Origin: Eledone cirrhosa
Taxonomy: Eukaryota
Length of the DNA: 64,000 bases
Assembly (NCBI GenBank): GCA_964016885.1
Contig: OZ024740.1
Location: forward strand, 194,246,001-194,310,000
Direction: 5' to 3'
Within the stretch, counting starts at the first letter, position 1. Each line of letters begins with the position of its first letter. Both the position numbers and the translations under genes were made by a program. This document shows, piece by piece, positions 13,701-23,636 of this stretch. The notes under the pieces were generated by a model. That model was not told the DNA's origin and did not search any database. It saw nothing but the letters and a program-made list of their open reading frames with translations.

Positions 13701-15281
13701 AAGTGAGTGGTGACTTTAGCCGATGCATAATAGAGATGATTTAAGTCATTAATGCTTAGTTTGTTTGTGATGATAATGTTTTTGAGAATTATGTTAGTCT
13801 TGTGTATTATCTTTTGGTTCTGTTTGGAGTTCTGGATCTTAGGGAGGGTGTCTCGTTCCCCCATGTCAGATTCTTTCATTTTCATCCATTCGATCATAAT
13901 TTCATTCTTCAAGTTGGCAAGTTCATTCTCATTCATTTCTTTATCATTTACGATCTCATTATTTTCATTTGGAGTTTCATCCTGAGCATGCACTCCCTCC
14001 ACTTTTTCGCTCCTTTCTTTAATTTGTTCTGTTGCCAGTGATTCCGCCCCAACTCTGGGATTCGAAGTGTTACAGTTTACCTCGTTTTCACTGACACATG
14101 CTTCATTTTCCCTTCGCTGACTTTGTGCTACTAGCTTGATCTGATCAATTTCTATATCAGTTAGTAACTTTTTTCTTACAATATTTCTTCGTATATTGGC
14201 TAGTTTGTTACTGTCAATATAGCCTCTGTTTTCGGGATGTTTCTTTTTCCAGTTGATATATGTTTGCTCTGTATTCGATGTATTTGATGGGTAGTACATG
14301 GCAGTGTAGAAAGCCTCAAGGACTTCTTTATTATCTTCCCTTGACCATTTTTCTCTCTTTTTCTTTGGATTTCTTGGTGGTGAGCATGGAGGGCCAACAG
14401 TAGGAGTATTCCGGTTATGGGAGGTCTCCAGCTCCGAAGTGATGGGAAGGTTTGAACCATTAGCTGATTTTTCGACCCCAGTCTGGTTCCTCTCTGAGGG
14501 ACGCGGCCCTTTTTTACCCGGGTGACGGCCGATCCGGTATGAGATTTCATCATTAGACATCTACTTTATTTTGTCGCGTTTTATCCTTATCCGCCAAGGG
14601 GTAATCTTTTCGTGTTACCACTTCTAGAACGAGTGTCAACCAAGACTAGAGGTGTCGTTCTCCCCTAGAGACATGGCTATTCCCCGCCGGCCGCCATCCC
14701 GGTATTTCTTGGTCACGGGGTTTTCTTTTTGTTGTTTTTTTTAAATTGTTATTATCATGAGTGGTTCCTTAATGTGAGCATTGCGTGGCTTAAGAATGAA
14801 ATTATTAATAATTGTCTCCACTCCAGGCCAGCAATCACCCAGTGCATTACAATAATATAATATACTTTTTGTTGTAGTTGGCTGTTATTGCTGCTGGCTA
14901 TGTCGGTGGTGGTGCCGGGGCTTTTTATATTGTTGGTGAGGAAGGGGTGAGCCAGCAGTCCCATAATTGTTGATGTAGACGTTTGTCCGTGGCAAGGTCA
15001 CCAAGTCAATCTATTTATATCTTTTGCTAGCCTCTCTCTTGTCTAGTGCTACCACCACCTTCCCTTTTCTCTCTCAAGTTAACAGGGGAATAGTGTCAGT
15101 AGCATTGAATGAGTGGTGGCGGCGATGATGGATGTGGTGGGGTGGTGGCAGCGGTGGTGTTGTGGTTACTGATATAGTATCTATGAGTTTGTGTTCGTAT
15201 GTTTAATATATATTTTCATTATATTTTGTGTTGACATATTCCCGTAAAATTTGAATTAAACATTTTTTAAAATTTGAGACA
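10770..15281 (-). mobile_element. Full-length R4/Dong-clade non-LTR retrotransposon (element A)
   Basis: Single RT-RLE ORF, ~140-nt 3' UTR ending in (TAA)n at 10737-10769, and a ~720-nt leader reaching the (TAA)n at 15288-15318. The 5' boundary is inferred. Confidence 0.85.
10910..14560 (-). CDS. R4/Dong non-LTR polyprotein: reverse transcriptase, CCHC zinc knuckle, restriction-like endonuclease (1216 aa)
   Basis: WKSPGKD, NYRPITCL, EQKG, DYKKAFDS, GIFQGDSLSP, YMDD, FGLDKC, YKYLG, CRVC..H..C, RHD, RPD..D, EKLSKY. Confidence 0.96.
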   Translation of the reverse strand: MSNDEISYRIGRHPGKKGPRPSERNQTGVEKSANGSNLPITSELETSHNRNTPTVGPPCSPPRNPKKKREKWSREDNKEVLEAFYTAMYYPSNTSNTEQTYINWKKKHPENRGYIDSNKLANIRRNIVRKKLLTDIEIDQIKLVAQSQRRENEACVSENEVNCNTSNPRVGAESLATEQIKERSEKVEGVHAQDETPNENNEIVNDKEMNENELANLKNEIMIEWMKMKESDMGERDTLPKIQNSKQNQKIIHKTNIILKNIIITNKLSINDLNHLYYASAKVTTHLCGVKMKKQRNSHKKSTWQDNINRQINLLRSDIEILTNYKVGEHVKQTKLRKLKKKYSIRSTCDIDMLIETIKQKVSAKAARIRRFEKRSRFYKDNNMFKNNQRNFYRKIGKSTITAKSIPPKEEVQEFWEKIWAEEKVHNIHAPWIDRQMKETAHLEEQTWENITVEQLRLALRKTSKWKSPGKDKIQNFWINAFTESHELLAQLYNEIVKEPEKIPSWLVNGITFLLPKNDETNNPKNYRPITCLTTMYNILTSVLTEYTYDHLITNDLFPIEQKGCKRGSYGCKDQLLVNKMILEDCHNRHKNLSIAWIDYKKAFDSLPHSWIEKCLEIFKISPVIRRFLSFSMRTWRTTLLLNSETKSLEAGEVNINCGIFQGDSLSPLLFCIALIPLSKMLNETKHGYRVYDKTINHLFYMDDLKLFAKNDEQLQGLLSTVKQFSDDIKMEFGLDKCAKATFTRGKLLKSSDINLDRGNVIRELDQEQTYKYLGVCEGDGIKHSTMRERIRKECYRRVRAILRTELNARNRIDAINTLAIPVVTYSYNVINWSSTEIRRLDTKIRKFLTMHRMHHPKADIDRIYLPRKEGGRGLIQLDIALKTATIGLSTYLRESHDWMIKLVLKHESTKRSYSITKDAQRYSNGLQISEVPFTAEMENTEKAKQVKVTAKKELLQKLAKKWQEKPLYGKYPERANNPDVDKTLTHQWLASSGLKSETEGLIISAQDQCLPTKNYQANIIKNGCSPLCRVCKKQPETIDHIISMCSPIAPTEYLNRHDRAAQYIHWIMCKHFDLPHQKNWWEHQPPPILEKDHISILWNFSIQTDRKIDANRPDIILKDFQRRVCLLIDMSVPIDKNVSIKTFEKLSKYKDLEIEIGKMWKLRTKTIPVVVGALGMIPKGSNDYLSQIPGNPRVGEIQKIVLMGTAHILRKILSI

Positions 15282-15284
15282 ATA

Positions 15285-15319
<35 letters not shown>

Positions 15320-15392
15320 CTTGAATCTCAGTCATTGATGTTGGTTAACTGGAAAGTCCGTTGGATTGAATATCAAGCCACTACCTGCAGCC

Positions 15393-18300
15393 TCAGATAT
15401 TCAGGACGTATCGGAGGGTTCTTGCCGTTCCAAGCAAGCATGCCTTTTGAAGCGTTCCAAAAAGCGTGAAGGGGCCGATTTTCTTTAACCATCCCTGGAA
15501 ACCTTTGGAGATAGTCCCCAGTGCGCCTATGACAATCGGGATCACTTTGACTTCATGGCAGTTCCAAATCCTTTTCACCTCCCACTTTAGGTCCTGGTAT
15601 CGGTTAATTTTCTCCCTCTCCTTCTCTTGCACTCTCGTGTCGAACGGGCAGGCCACATCCACAATCAGGCACGATCTTTTTTCTTTGTCCACAACCACCA
15701 GGTCAGGTCTATTGTGTTCCAGTTTTTTGTCCGTCTGTATCCTAAAATCCCACAGCACCTTCACCTGACTGTTCTCCATCACCGCCTCTGGCCTATGCTC
15801 ATACCATTTCTCAGAATGTGGTAGATTGTTTACTTTGCACAGGTGCCAGTGGATCACCCTGCCCATCACATCGTGTCTCCAGCCCTTATAGTGGGTCTGG
15901 GCTAGGTGTTTACACTCGGACACAATGTGAGCCACAGTCTCCTCTCTCTCTCCACAGATCCTGCACAGTGGGCTAGCCTCCTCCTTGTAGATATGGTGCT
16001 TCAACCACTTCGTTTTGAGGGCCTGCTCCTGCGCAGCCATTAGCATTCCTTCTGTAGCCTTTTTGAGGTCTCCTCTTCTCAACCAGTTCCATGTCTGTGG
16101 ATCTCTAAATTCAGTTTTCTCAAAGAAGGTACTATGAAGGGATTTTCCCTTAAGGCTGCTCTTCCTCCTTGATGTTATTTCCTCCTTGGGTATCCCCTGG
16201 CCCACTGTCCCCTCCTTCAGTACAGCTCTGAGCATTGGCTCCTTACTATAGGTCACGTATTTGTATAGGTTGTTTTTCTCCATCTGAACACAGTCCTCTA
16301 TGCTGATAAGACCTCTTCCACCCTCAGATCTCCTTAGGTAGAGTCTATCGACATCACTCCTCTTGTGGAACATGTTGTAGATAGTCAATAGCTTCCTAGT
16401 CTTCCTATCCATTTCTTTTTGTTCAGCAACATTCCATCTCAGAATTCCCGCACTGTACCTAATAATAGACACAGCTCGGGAATTTACTGCGCTTATGGCA
16501 TTTCTGCTGTTCAGATGTGACTTCAATACGCTCCTTACTCTCCGAATGTATTCAGTTCTTAACAATTCCTTCATTTTTTTGTTCTTTATGCCATCAGCCT
16601 CCAGAACGCCCAAATACTTGTATCCTTCCTCAGAGTCAATTTCCTTTATCATCTCACCTGTTGGTATCTGGATCCCGTTACTTCTGCTCAACCTACCCCT
16701 CCTCATCACAATGACTCCACATTCACCAATACCAAACTGCATACATATATCACTGCTGAAAATACGGACAGTGTCAACAAGCACATCCAACTCCTTCTCA
16801 CTTTTCCCGAAGAGCTTAAGATCGTTCATGAAGAGGAGGTGATTGATGGTAAGCTCTCCCCTTCCCAACTTGTATCCTGCTCTCACTTTTCGCAGCATAA
16901 TGGTCAAGGGCATCAGGGCAAGGACAAACAACAGAGGCGACAGGCTATCTCCCTGGAAGATACCTCTCTTGATCTTCACGCTTCCCAAGGATACTCCAGT
17001 TGATGTCAACTCTGTCTCCCAGGACCCCATACTCCTGCCCAGCAACTGTCTGATGTTATCTGCCACCCTGAAGATCTCCAGGCTTTTGGTGATCCAGGAA
17101 TGAGGCACCATGTCAAATGCCTTTCTGTAGTCTATCCATCCCATGGCAAGATCAGTGTGTCTCCTCCTGCAATTCCCCATTACCATCTTATCAATAAGCA
17201 ACTGGTCCTTTGTACCACGTGACTTCTTTCGGCATCCTTTCTGTTCGTCCGGCAACAAGTTGTTTGTGTGGAGGTGATGGTAGATTTCCTCAGACACAAT
17301 GCTCGTCAACAGTTTCCACATTACGGGCAGACATGTGATAGGTCTATAGTTGGTAACATCATTACCCTTGATTCGGTCTTTCATTATCAGAACTGTGGTA
17401 CCTTTTGTCAACCACTCTGGCACCTCACCCGGCACCAAGCAGTCATTGAACATGGCCGTCAGCTTCGGGTGGAGGGATGTTAAATGTTTAATCCAATACC
17501 CCTGCACACCATCTGGGCCTGGTGATTTCCAGTTGGTTAGTTTTTTGGCTTGCCCCTTAAGAGTTTCAACTGTGATACTCAAATCAGTCTGTTGCTGTGC
17601 CTGCTCACCGATCTCCCTCTGTACTGTCTCAATCCACCCTGCCTGGGCATTGTGTCTAACATCCTGCTCCCATATTCCTCTCCAGAATGTTTTAGCTTGT
17701 TCCGCCCCAGGGATCAAGTCGTTGCCTCTTTCTTTCCCCTCAAGCTGTCCAAACAGCATCTTCTGGTTGTTGTCGAACATGCGGTTCTGTTTATACTGAC
17801 TGACTCTGTTCTCGTATCGCCTGATTTTGGCACTCTTTGCTACAATGCGTTGCTTCAATTCCTCTATGATAATATTTAGCTTTTTACTCCTAGTTTTGTA
17901 TTTTATTTCCAGTCTATTTTTAGTGCCTATGTTTTTTAGTATCCCATTCAGTAGTGACTCAAGCTTTCCTATGTCATTTCTCATTTCCCCGATTTGCCCA
18001 CTCAGTCGCTTCTTCCACCACGGCTCTGCTCTTTCTTGTCTGTTGTTTCCTCTCGCTTTTATACCAAGTAGTTTCCTCACCGTATTTGCTGTTGCTTTGA
18101 GGATATTGTTGCACTGGTGAAGACTCCTCGCCTCAAGGTATGGGATGACTTTGTTTACCTTAGCTGTTGTTTCTTTTAACTTTTTCCTGTCTACAAATCT
18201 TAGGTTCATAGGTCTCCCACTATCATTGTTCAACTCATCTACCACTAAATTTAGGATGTCAACCGAATCTTGTCCTAGCCCGTCAGCATTCATCTCCTCA

Positions 18301-18785
18301 GTGGCCGTATCTCTGTTCCAGGTATTATTTATCTCAGTATTCAGATCATTGTCTGCTTCGGGTGGTTCCTCCGTTCTCAGGACCTCCTCACCTTCTTTTC
18401 CCGCCGGCTCGCTTGTCTGGCATACTACACCCGCCATCTCCAAGCCATTCTCTCTGCTCAGTTCCTCCAGTTCCAGCTCGCTTATCCACCCATTAGTTCT
18501 TATTACCCGAGCCTGCCCGGCCAATTTTTGTTCATCTAATTTAAATAAACCAATCTCGTTCCAGATGTTATGCATCCGTCTCCTGTAGCCCCTCTCCTTG
18601 GGGTTACTTTTCAGGTAGCATTGCATAACAGTTCTATTCAATTCTTTCGTCCAGTTGGTTCTGGCCCCTTTCCTTCTTCTTCTTCCTCCAACATCAGCAG
18701 TATTTGGTTGACAGTCAGGTTCCTGCTGCTGAGCCAGGGGGCACCTGTTGGGTGAGAGTCTGTCACATGACGTTCTAGTCTCCAT
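15393..18785 (-). CDS. R4/Dong non-LTR polyprotein (1130 aa) with catalytic motif altered to FMND
   Basis: WKSPGPD, NYRPITCL, DYRKAFD, GIFQGDSLSP, FMND, YKYLG, CRIC..H..C, RHD, RPD, EKINRY. Confidence 0.95.
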   Translation of the reverse strand: METRTSCDRLSPNRCPLAQQQEPDCQPNTADVGGRRRRKGARTNWTKELNRTVMQCYLKSNPKERGYRRRMHNIWNEIGLFKLDEQKLAGQARVIRTNGWISELELEELSRENGLEMAGVVCQTSEPAGKEGEEVLRTEEPPEADNDLNTEINNTWNRDTATEEMNADGLGQDSVDILNLVVDELNNDSGRPMNLRFVDRKKLKETTAKVNKVIPYLEARSLHQCNNILKATANTVRKLLGIKARGNNRQERAEPWWKKRLSGQIGEMRNDIGKLESLLNGILKNIGTKNRLEIKYKTRSKKLNIIIEELKQRIVAKSAKIRRYENRVSQYKQNRMFDNNQKMLFGQLEGKERGNDLIPGAEQAKTFWRGIWEQDVRHNAQAGWIETVQREIGEQAQQQTDLSITVETLKGQAKKLTNWKSPGPDGVQGYWIKHLTSLHPKLTAMFNDCLVPGEVPEWLTKGTTVLIMKDRIKGNDVTNYRPITCLPVMWKLLTSIVSEEIYHHLHTNNLLPDEQKGCRKKSRGTKDQLLIDKMVMGNCRRRHTDLAMGWIDYRKAFDMVPHSWITKSLEIFRVADNIRQLLGRSMGSWETELTSTGVSLGSVKIKRGIFQGDSLSPLLFVLALMPLTIMLRKVRAGYKLGRGELTINHLLFMNDLKLFGKSEKELDVLVDTVRIFSSDICMQFGIGECGVIVMRRGRLSRSNGIQIPTGEMIKEIDSEEGYKYLGVLEADGIKNKKMKELLRTEYIRRVRSVLKSHLNSRNAISAVNSRAVSIIRYSAGILRWNVAEQKEMDRKTRKLLTIYNMFHKRSDVDRLYLRRSEGGRGLISIEDCVQMEKNNLYKYVTYSKEPMLRAVLKEGTVGQGIPKEEITSRRKSSLKGKSLHSTFFEKTEFRDPQTWNWLRRGDLKKATEGMLMAAQEQALKTKWLKHHIYKEEASPLCRICGEREETVAHIVSECKHLAQTHYKGWRHDVMGRVIHWHLCKVNNLPHSEKWYEHRPEAVMENSQVKVLWDFRIQTDKKLEHNRPDLVVVDKEKRSCLIVDVACPFDTRVQEKEREKINRYQDLKWEVKRIWNCHEVKVIPIVIGALGTISKGFQGWLKKIGPFTLFGTLQKACLLGTARTLRYVLNI

Positions 18786-19354
18786 TTCACCGTTATTCGA
18801 ACTGTTTATGTTCGATATTTAAACACTCTTATCGAGGATTGGCGAATGTATGTTTACATAGCCATCTGTGGATCCGCCATCCCACTTGGCCCTTGTGTGG
18901 CATTATCACCACGCTGTATACGGACACACATAAACAAACAAACACACGGGCAGAAAGGGCCCCAAAAATGAATAAGCATAAGTTTCATTGTAATGTAGTA
19001 TTCGAATGTCTGATTTAGTTTTTGTTTTTTAAGTTTTACTTTTTCCCCCCTCTTCTCTGTCCGTCCGCCTGCTTCTCTCTTCATTCTTATTTTCTTTACG
19101 TTTTTGGGGTTTCTTTTTTTGTTTTTGTTTTTCTCTGTTTTTCTCGTTTTTTACTGTTGTTGCTGTGCTGCTTTTGTTGTTTGTTTTTTCTTTTTTCTTT
19201 TGAGTCTATCTATATATTTTGATGCCTTCCTCTTTGTTAGTAGTAGGAATTCTATAATGTGGAAGTGGTAGCCAGCAGAGACTGGCGGCTTTGGCGATAC
19301 TGAGACAGTGGTGGTGGTGATGTCGATACCGAGGCAGTGGTGGCGGTGATGCGA

Positions 19355-20002
19355 CCGTATTACTGTAGTGATGGTGCTGTAGCGGTGGCAGCAGCAGTGA
19401 AGGAGTCAGGGGGTGGTGGCGGCGGTGATGGGATAGTGGTGGTAATGATGGCCGTAGTGAGCGGTGGCGGTGAAGGTGAAAATGCTGTTGTGTTTAGTGT
19501 ACACAGATGATGGGGTGGGTGGTGTATCTAGTTTCTGGTGTTGGTGAGTTTCGCTGTCCTATATAGTGTAGCCAGAGGAGAGGAGGGGGGGGTTCTTCTT
19601 CTTCCATTTATAGCCATTTTATTTTTTTTTTTTTGGATATACAGTGTACAATACAAAGTTGAATATTTGAATATTTGAGCCGTATTACTGTAGTGATGGT
19701 GCTGTAGCGGTGGCAGCAGCAGTGAAGGAGTCAAGGGGTGGTGGCGGCGGTGATGGGATAGTGGTGGTAATGATGGCCGTAGTGAGCGGTGGCGGTGAAG
19801 GTGAAAATGCTGTTGTGTTTAGTGTACACAGATGATGGGGTGGGTGGTGTATCTAGTTTCTGGTGTTGGTGAGTTTAGCTGTCCTATATAGTGTAGCCAG
19901 AGGAGAGGAGGGGGGGGGGGTTCTTCTTCTTCCATTTATAGCCATTTTTTTTTTTGGATATACAGTGTACAATACAAAGTTGAATATTTGAATATTTGAG
20001 CC
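19355..20002. repeat. Near-perfect tandem duplication of a ~325-bp unit
   Basis: CCGTATTACTGTAGTGATGG...GAATATTTGAGC occurs at 19355-19680 and again at 19680-20002. Confidence 0.95.
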
Positions 20003-20157
20003 TTATAACAATATATTTTGGGTCCGAATTTTTTTGGGGCTCAAGCCGGGTGCTTTACGTAGCATTTGTACTAAGAGTTGTTATTTCACAAATGATTTAA
20101 ATATGTTAAAAATTCAAAACTTACGGGAGCGATTTCATGACCTCCGTCACCTCGGTA

Positions 20158-20162
<5 letters not shown>

Positions 20163-20249
<87 letters not shown>
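20163..20249. repeat. (TAA)n(TTA)n inverted microsatellite junction
   Basis: Directly visible. Confidence 0.95.
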
Positions 20250-20254
<5 letters not shown>

Positions 20255-20945
20255 TATCAATCTATCTAGGGCGGGTAAAATTCCAGAGATCCATGAACGA
20301 GTTCTCTCCAGCGGTCTCTGTCCCTCATTATCGCTGCTATGTCCTGCGTCTCCAACAGACCAGTGTATGTCCTTAGGGCGTCAACATACGTTAACCTTGG
20401 TCTTCCTCTTCCAGTGTGTCCATGTAGGGTCTCCCACAGGAGCACTGAGTGCAATGTCAACTCTGGAGGCGAACTTGATAGCTACCAACCTAAGGTTTAG
20501 GAAGAATCCGTGGAGGATGTGGACCTACATCTCAGATATGCACCTGTCCAAGTCCCAGATTGCTTTCATTCTGGTGAGGAAAAAGTGGCGGAATTGTGTT
20601 CTGAACACAGAACCATACAACTATTTCAGTACACTGGGTAGTGACCACCGGCTTGTCATGAGTGAGGTCCGGGTGAGCTTAAGAAAGAGCAAGGCTCAGC
20701 CCCGGAGAGCAATCTATGACTGGGGAGCTTTCAAGGAAGATGATAAGCTACAGGAGAGGTTCAGAGTGGAAGTGAGGAACAGGTTCAGTGTTCTGTGTGG
20801 AGAGACAGAGGAGATAGAAATTGGATGGACTGAGGAGAGTGTGACGAGGAGGTACGGGCACTTCACCAATGCAGTGGCGGAAGCAAGTGAAACTCTGGTG
20901 CCGAGGAAAAAGAACAAAAGGAAGCACGTCAGCTCTGCAAACCCA
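20250..20945. mobile_element. RTE/RTE-X-type LINE copy with internal inversion
   Basis: Minus 20266-20460 gives a C-terminus (GRGRPRLTYVD...DRDRWRELV) plus a TAGA tail. Plus 20461-20945 gives the end of an APE endonuclease (SQIAFILVRKKWRN, SDHRLV). Confidence 0.8.
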
Positions 20946-20965
20946 AAATTATTACTATATATATA

Positions 20966-21058
<93 letters not shown>

Positions 21059-21061
<3 letters not shown>

Positions 21062-22010
21062 CCCTAACGGGTCTTTCCGTATCGGCCACTCGTTCACCTG
21101 CACATCCACCCACGTTTTCTATGCCCTACGGTGTTCCGTTTGCGTATCTTTATATATCGGACAAACGGGACGCCATATGGCTGGCGGACCGTTTTGCTGA
21201 GCATTTGAGGGACATACGACTCAGTTTGGATACTCCTGTTACCCGTCATTTCTGTTCTTCTAGTCATCCTTCCCTACATGTTTCAGTCCTGGGTTTCCTG
21301 TTACATCATGGATCACAGGCCTCGTGCACCAGGACTGAACAAAGTCTGAATCACCACCTTGGGCCCTATTCGCCTCTTGGACTCAACTCACCTACCCAAT
21401 TTCTCTAATACTGCGTCCATTATCACACCCCTAGACTCCTATCGCTTTCTCTTGATCATTAACATCTTCTCTTACAACTAATACAGGTCGACTATATATG
21501 CTAACTCCACATTTCCCTTCACTGCTCTGTATATACACATACACACCCTTATATTACCATACTTTTGCTCTTAGCTTCGTACTTACATGCACCCACGCTC
21601 TTTTACTCACATATACATACACATTTCTTCTTAGCTTCGTACGGGCGTATAATAACACACACACATGCTTGCAGACGTGTACAAGTATAGCTCTTTTCAC
21701 AAAACGTTTTATTTTTCCATTTCAGGTAGACGCTCTCCATCATCCACTTTTCTAAAAAACAAATCATACACAACACGCCAGCACCAACAGTTTTGCAAGA
21801 GATGTCAACATGAATGGACTTGTTATTTTTATCTCAAGACATTTTTCCAATTCCAACCCGCCCGTCCCCTCAATCTATCTTATTTCTCATTCTTTCTTCT
21901 GGTGAAGGACTAGCGTCCGAAACCTTAAGACCCTCTTCCTGCTATATCAAGCGTTAACCTTCCATATACTGTACCGATTGTGTTGTTATTTCTGTTTACC
22001 TTTTACTTAC
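21059..22010 (+). mobile_element. Penelope-like element 3' relic (Neptune-type GIY-YIG) plus pLTR, inside (TA)n
   Basis: FTCTSTHVFYALRCSVC..YIGQTGR, frameshifted into RFAEHLRDIR..PVTRHF; downstream hammerhead-like motif. Confidence 0.82.
21895..21930 (+). ncRNA. Minimal hammerhead ribozyme-like motif (core variant CTGGTGA)
   Basis: TCTT-CTGGTGA-A-GGAC(TAGC)GTCC-GAAA-CCTT-AAGA. Confidence 0.65.
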
Positions 22011-22012
22011 AT

Positions 22013-22063
<51 letters not shown>

Positions 22064-23636
22064 AAATATTCTTCTACATTTCTACTGCTTTCGAAATATT
22101 GTGCCAATATTTTTCTATAGAAAGAACATTGATTTCTTTCAAACATTTGTTACATTGCAACATATTCATTGTAACCTTCCTAAGATGTTTGTAATTAGTC
22201 TTTCTGTATTTTGTAGGAGATGTGTTTGTGTATTTGTATTTTTATTGCGTTCCTTCGTTCTATATTTCCTATATATATTTATTTTTTTCCTTTATTCAAA
22301 TATTTTATGTGTTCTTCCGTTTTTGTTTATTATTCATCAATCTTCTATTTACCTCATTCCTTTAGAACAATATTTCGCTTTTTTGTGTTTTCTTTTATAT
22401 GTGTAGGTTTGAATTTATTTACGATCTGGTGGTTCTTTTAATACGACTGTAATACGACTGCAGCTATGCAAATGTGTAGGATTAGTTATCTGAGTTACTC
22501 TAGTCTCCTGTTTTATTTGACAATGAGATATTTAGATTAGGATCGAATTAGAATTTAGATTCCTGCATAGCTGTACAAATATGTACTGGAATTTCGTATT
22601 TCTAAAGAAATATGGTATGTTGATAAATAAACATTTAGAAAGCCATAGTTATGCAAAAACCCCGGTGGCTATCACCACCTGGTCGTGTCAAGCAGAAGCA
22701 AGGGGAACAATCGTCGATGCATTCTGAACTGAACTGGTTCTCATCAGGATGATCCCTCCCGCTGTTGCAACTGCTCGATTGGTTGATGAAAACGTTTACA
22801 ATTCTGCGTTCACGGAAAACAAGACAGAATGGATAATTAAAAATTAACTGTTCTTTTCACTTGCAAAATTGGTCTTATATCTGCAATTTTAATCAGATTT
22901 TCTACTTTCTATACAACAGTATACTTTAGATACAGTCAGTGGTTTTGTTTTGCAACTATACGCTTTAATATCTATATAGAGAGCTTAAGAGTGTTATTTT
23001 TCTTCAGATAGATATTCTAGTCACTGGAATTGAAAAGTGAATTTAGAAATATTCTTGCTTGGTGATCTGTGACATTAATATTTGGAATTATTATTTATCA
23101 TTCAGTGTGGGAATCAACATATGCCATCGTATGATCACTTTGTCATTCACTAAGACTTGCCTTTGGCTGTGTTTGTGGCAAGTTTTTGTTGTGTGTATTA
23201 CTTAATGCTGGCATAATTTGCAGGTTATAGAACTTCTAATTCTCCCATGTCTGTATATATTATCTGAGCAGCCAAACACAATTCCATGACATTTATTGTA
23301 TTTCCACTACATTAATATATACTGCAGTTGATACTCTACTTCATTGCTTTGGTGAGAATATAACTTCTCCCACAGTAATTGTATTGCCAGAGTTGAAGTC
23401 CATTGACCATGAAATTATTTTTGTCAACTTCATAGTTTATACTTTTACTATGTTATTTTAAAACATTACTTTGGTTTAGTTTTGTTTTTTAGTAGTATAA
23501 TTATCATTCGTCTTATTTACATTGCTTGCTGTCACTGCATTACCGAACAGAAATCTGTGGTCCTTGGTTAGATACTATCTTATTATCCTATTATATGATA
23601 TATTTTAAAGTCGGGGGCTTTTTGTTATATCCCTCA

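Larger units (their letters stand above)
15319..20002 (-). mobile_element. Full-length R4/Dong-clade non-LTR retrotransposon (element B, divergent family)
   Basis: RT-RLE ORF, short 3' UTR ending in (TAA)n at 15288-15318, and a long leader with the same architecture as element A. The 5' boundary is inferred. Confidence 0.82.

Noticed and set aside
11613-18755. Many plus-strand and alternate-frame ORFs overlapping the R4 ORFs
   Set aside because: Antisense or shadow frames with no domain signal.
18786-18965. Canonical HDV ribozyme in the element B leader
   Set aside because: Could not assign P1/P2/J4-2 with a catalytic C; only the shared hairpin-pseudoknot motif is supported.
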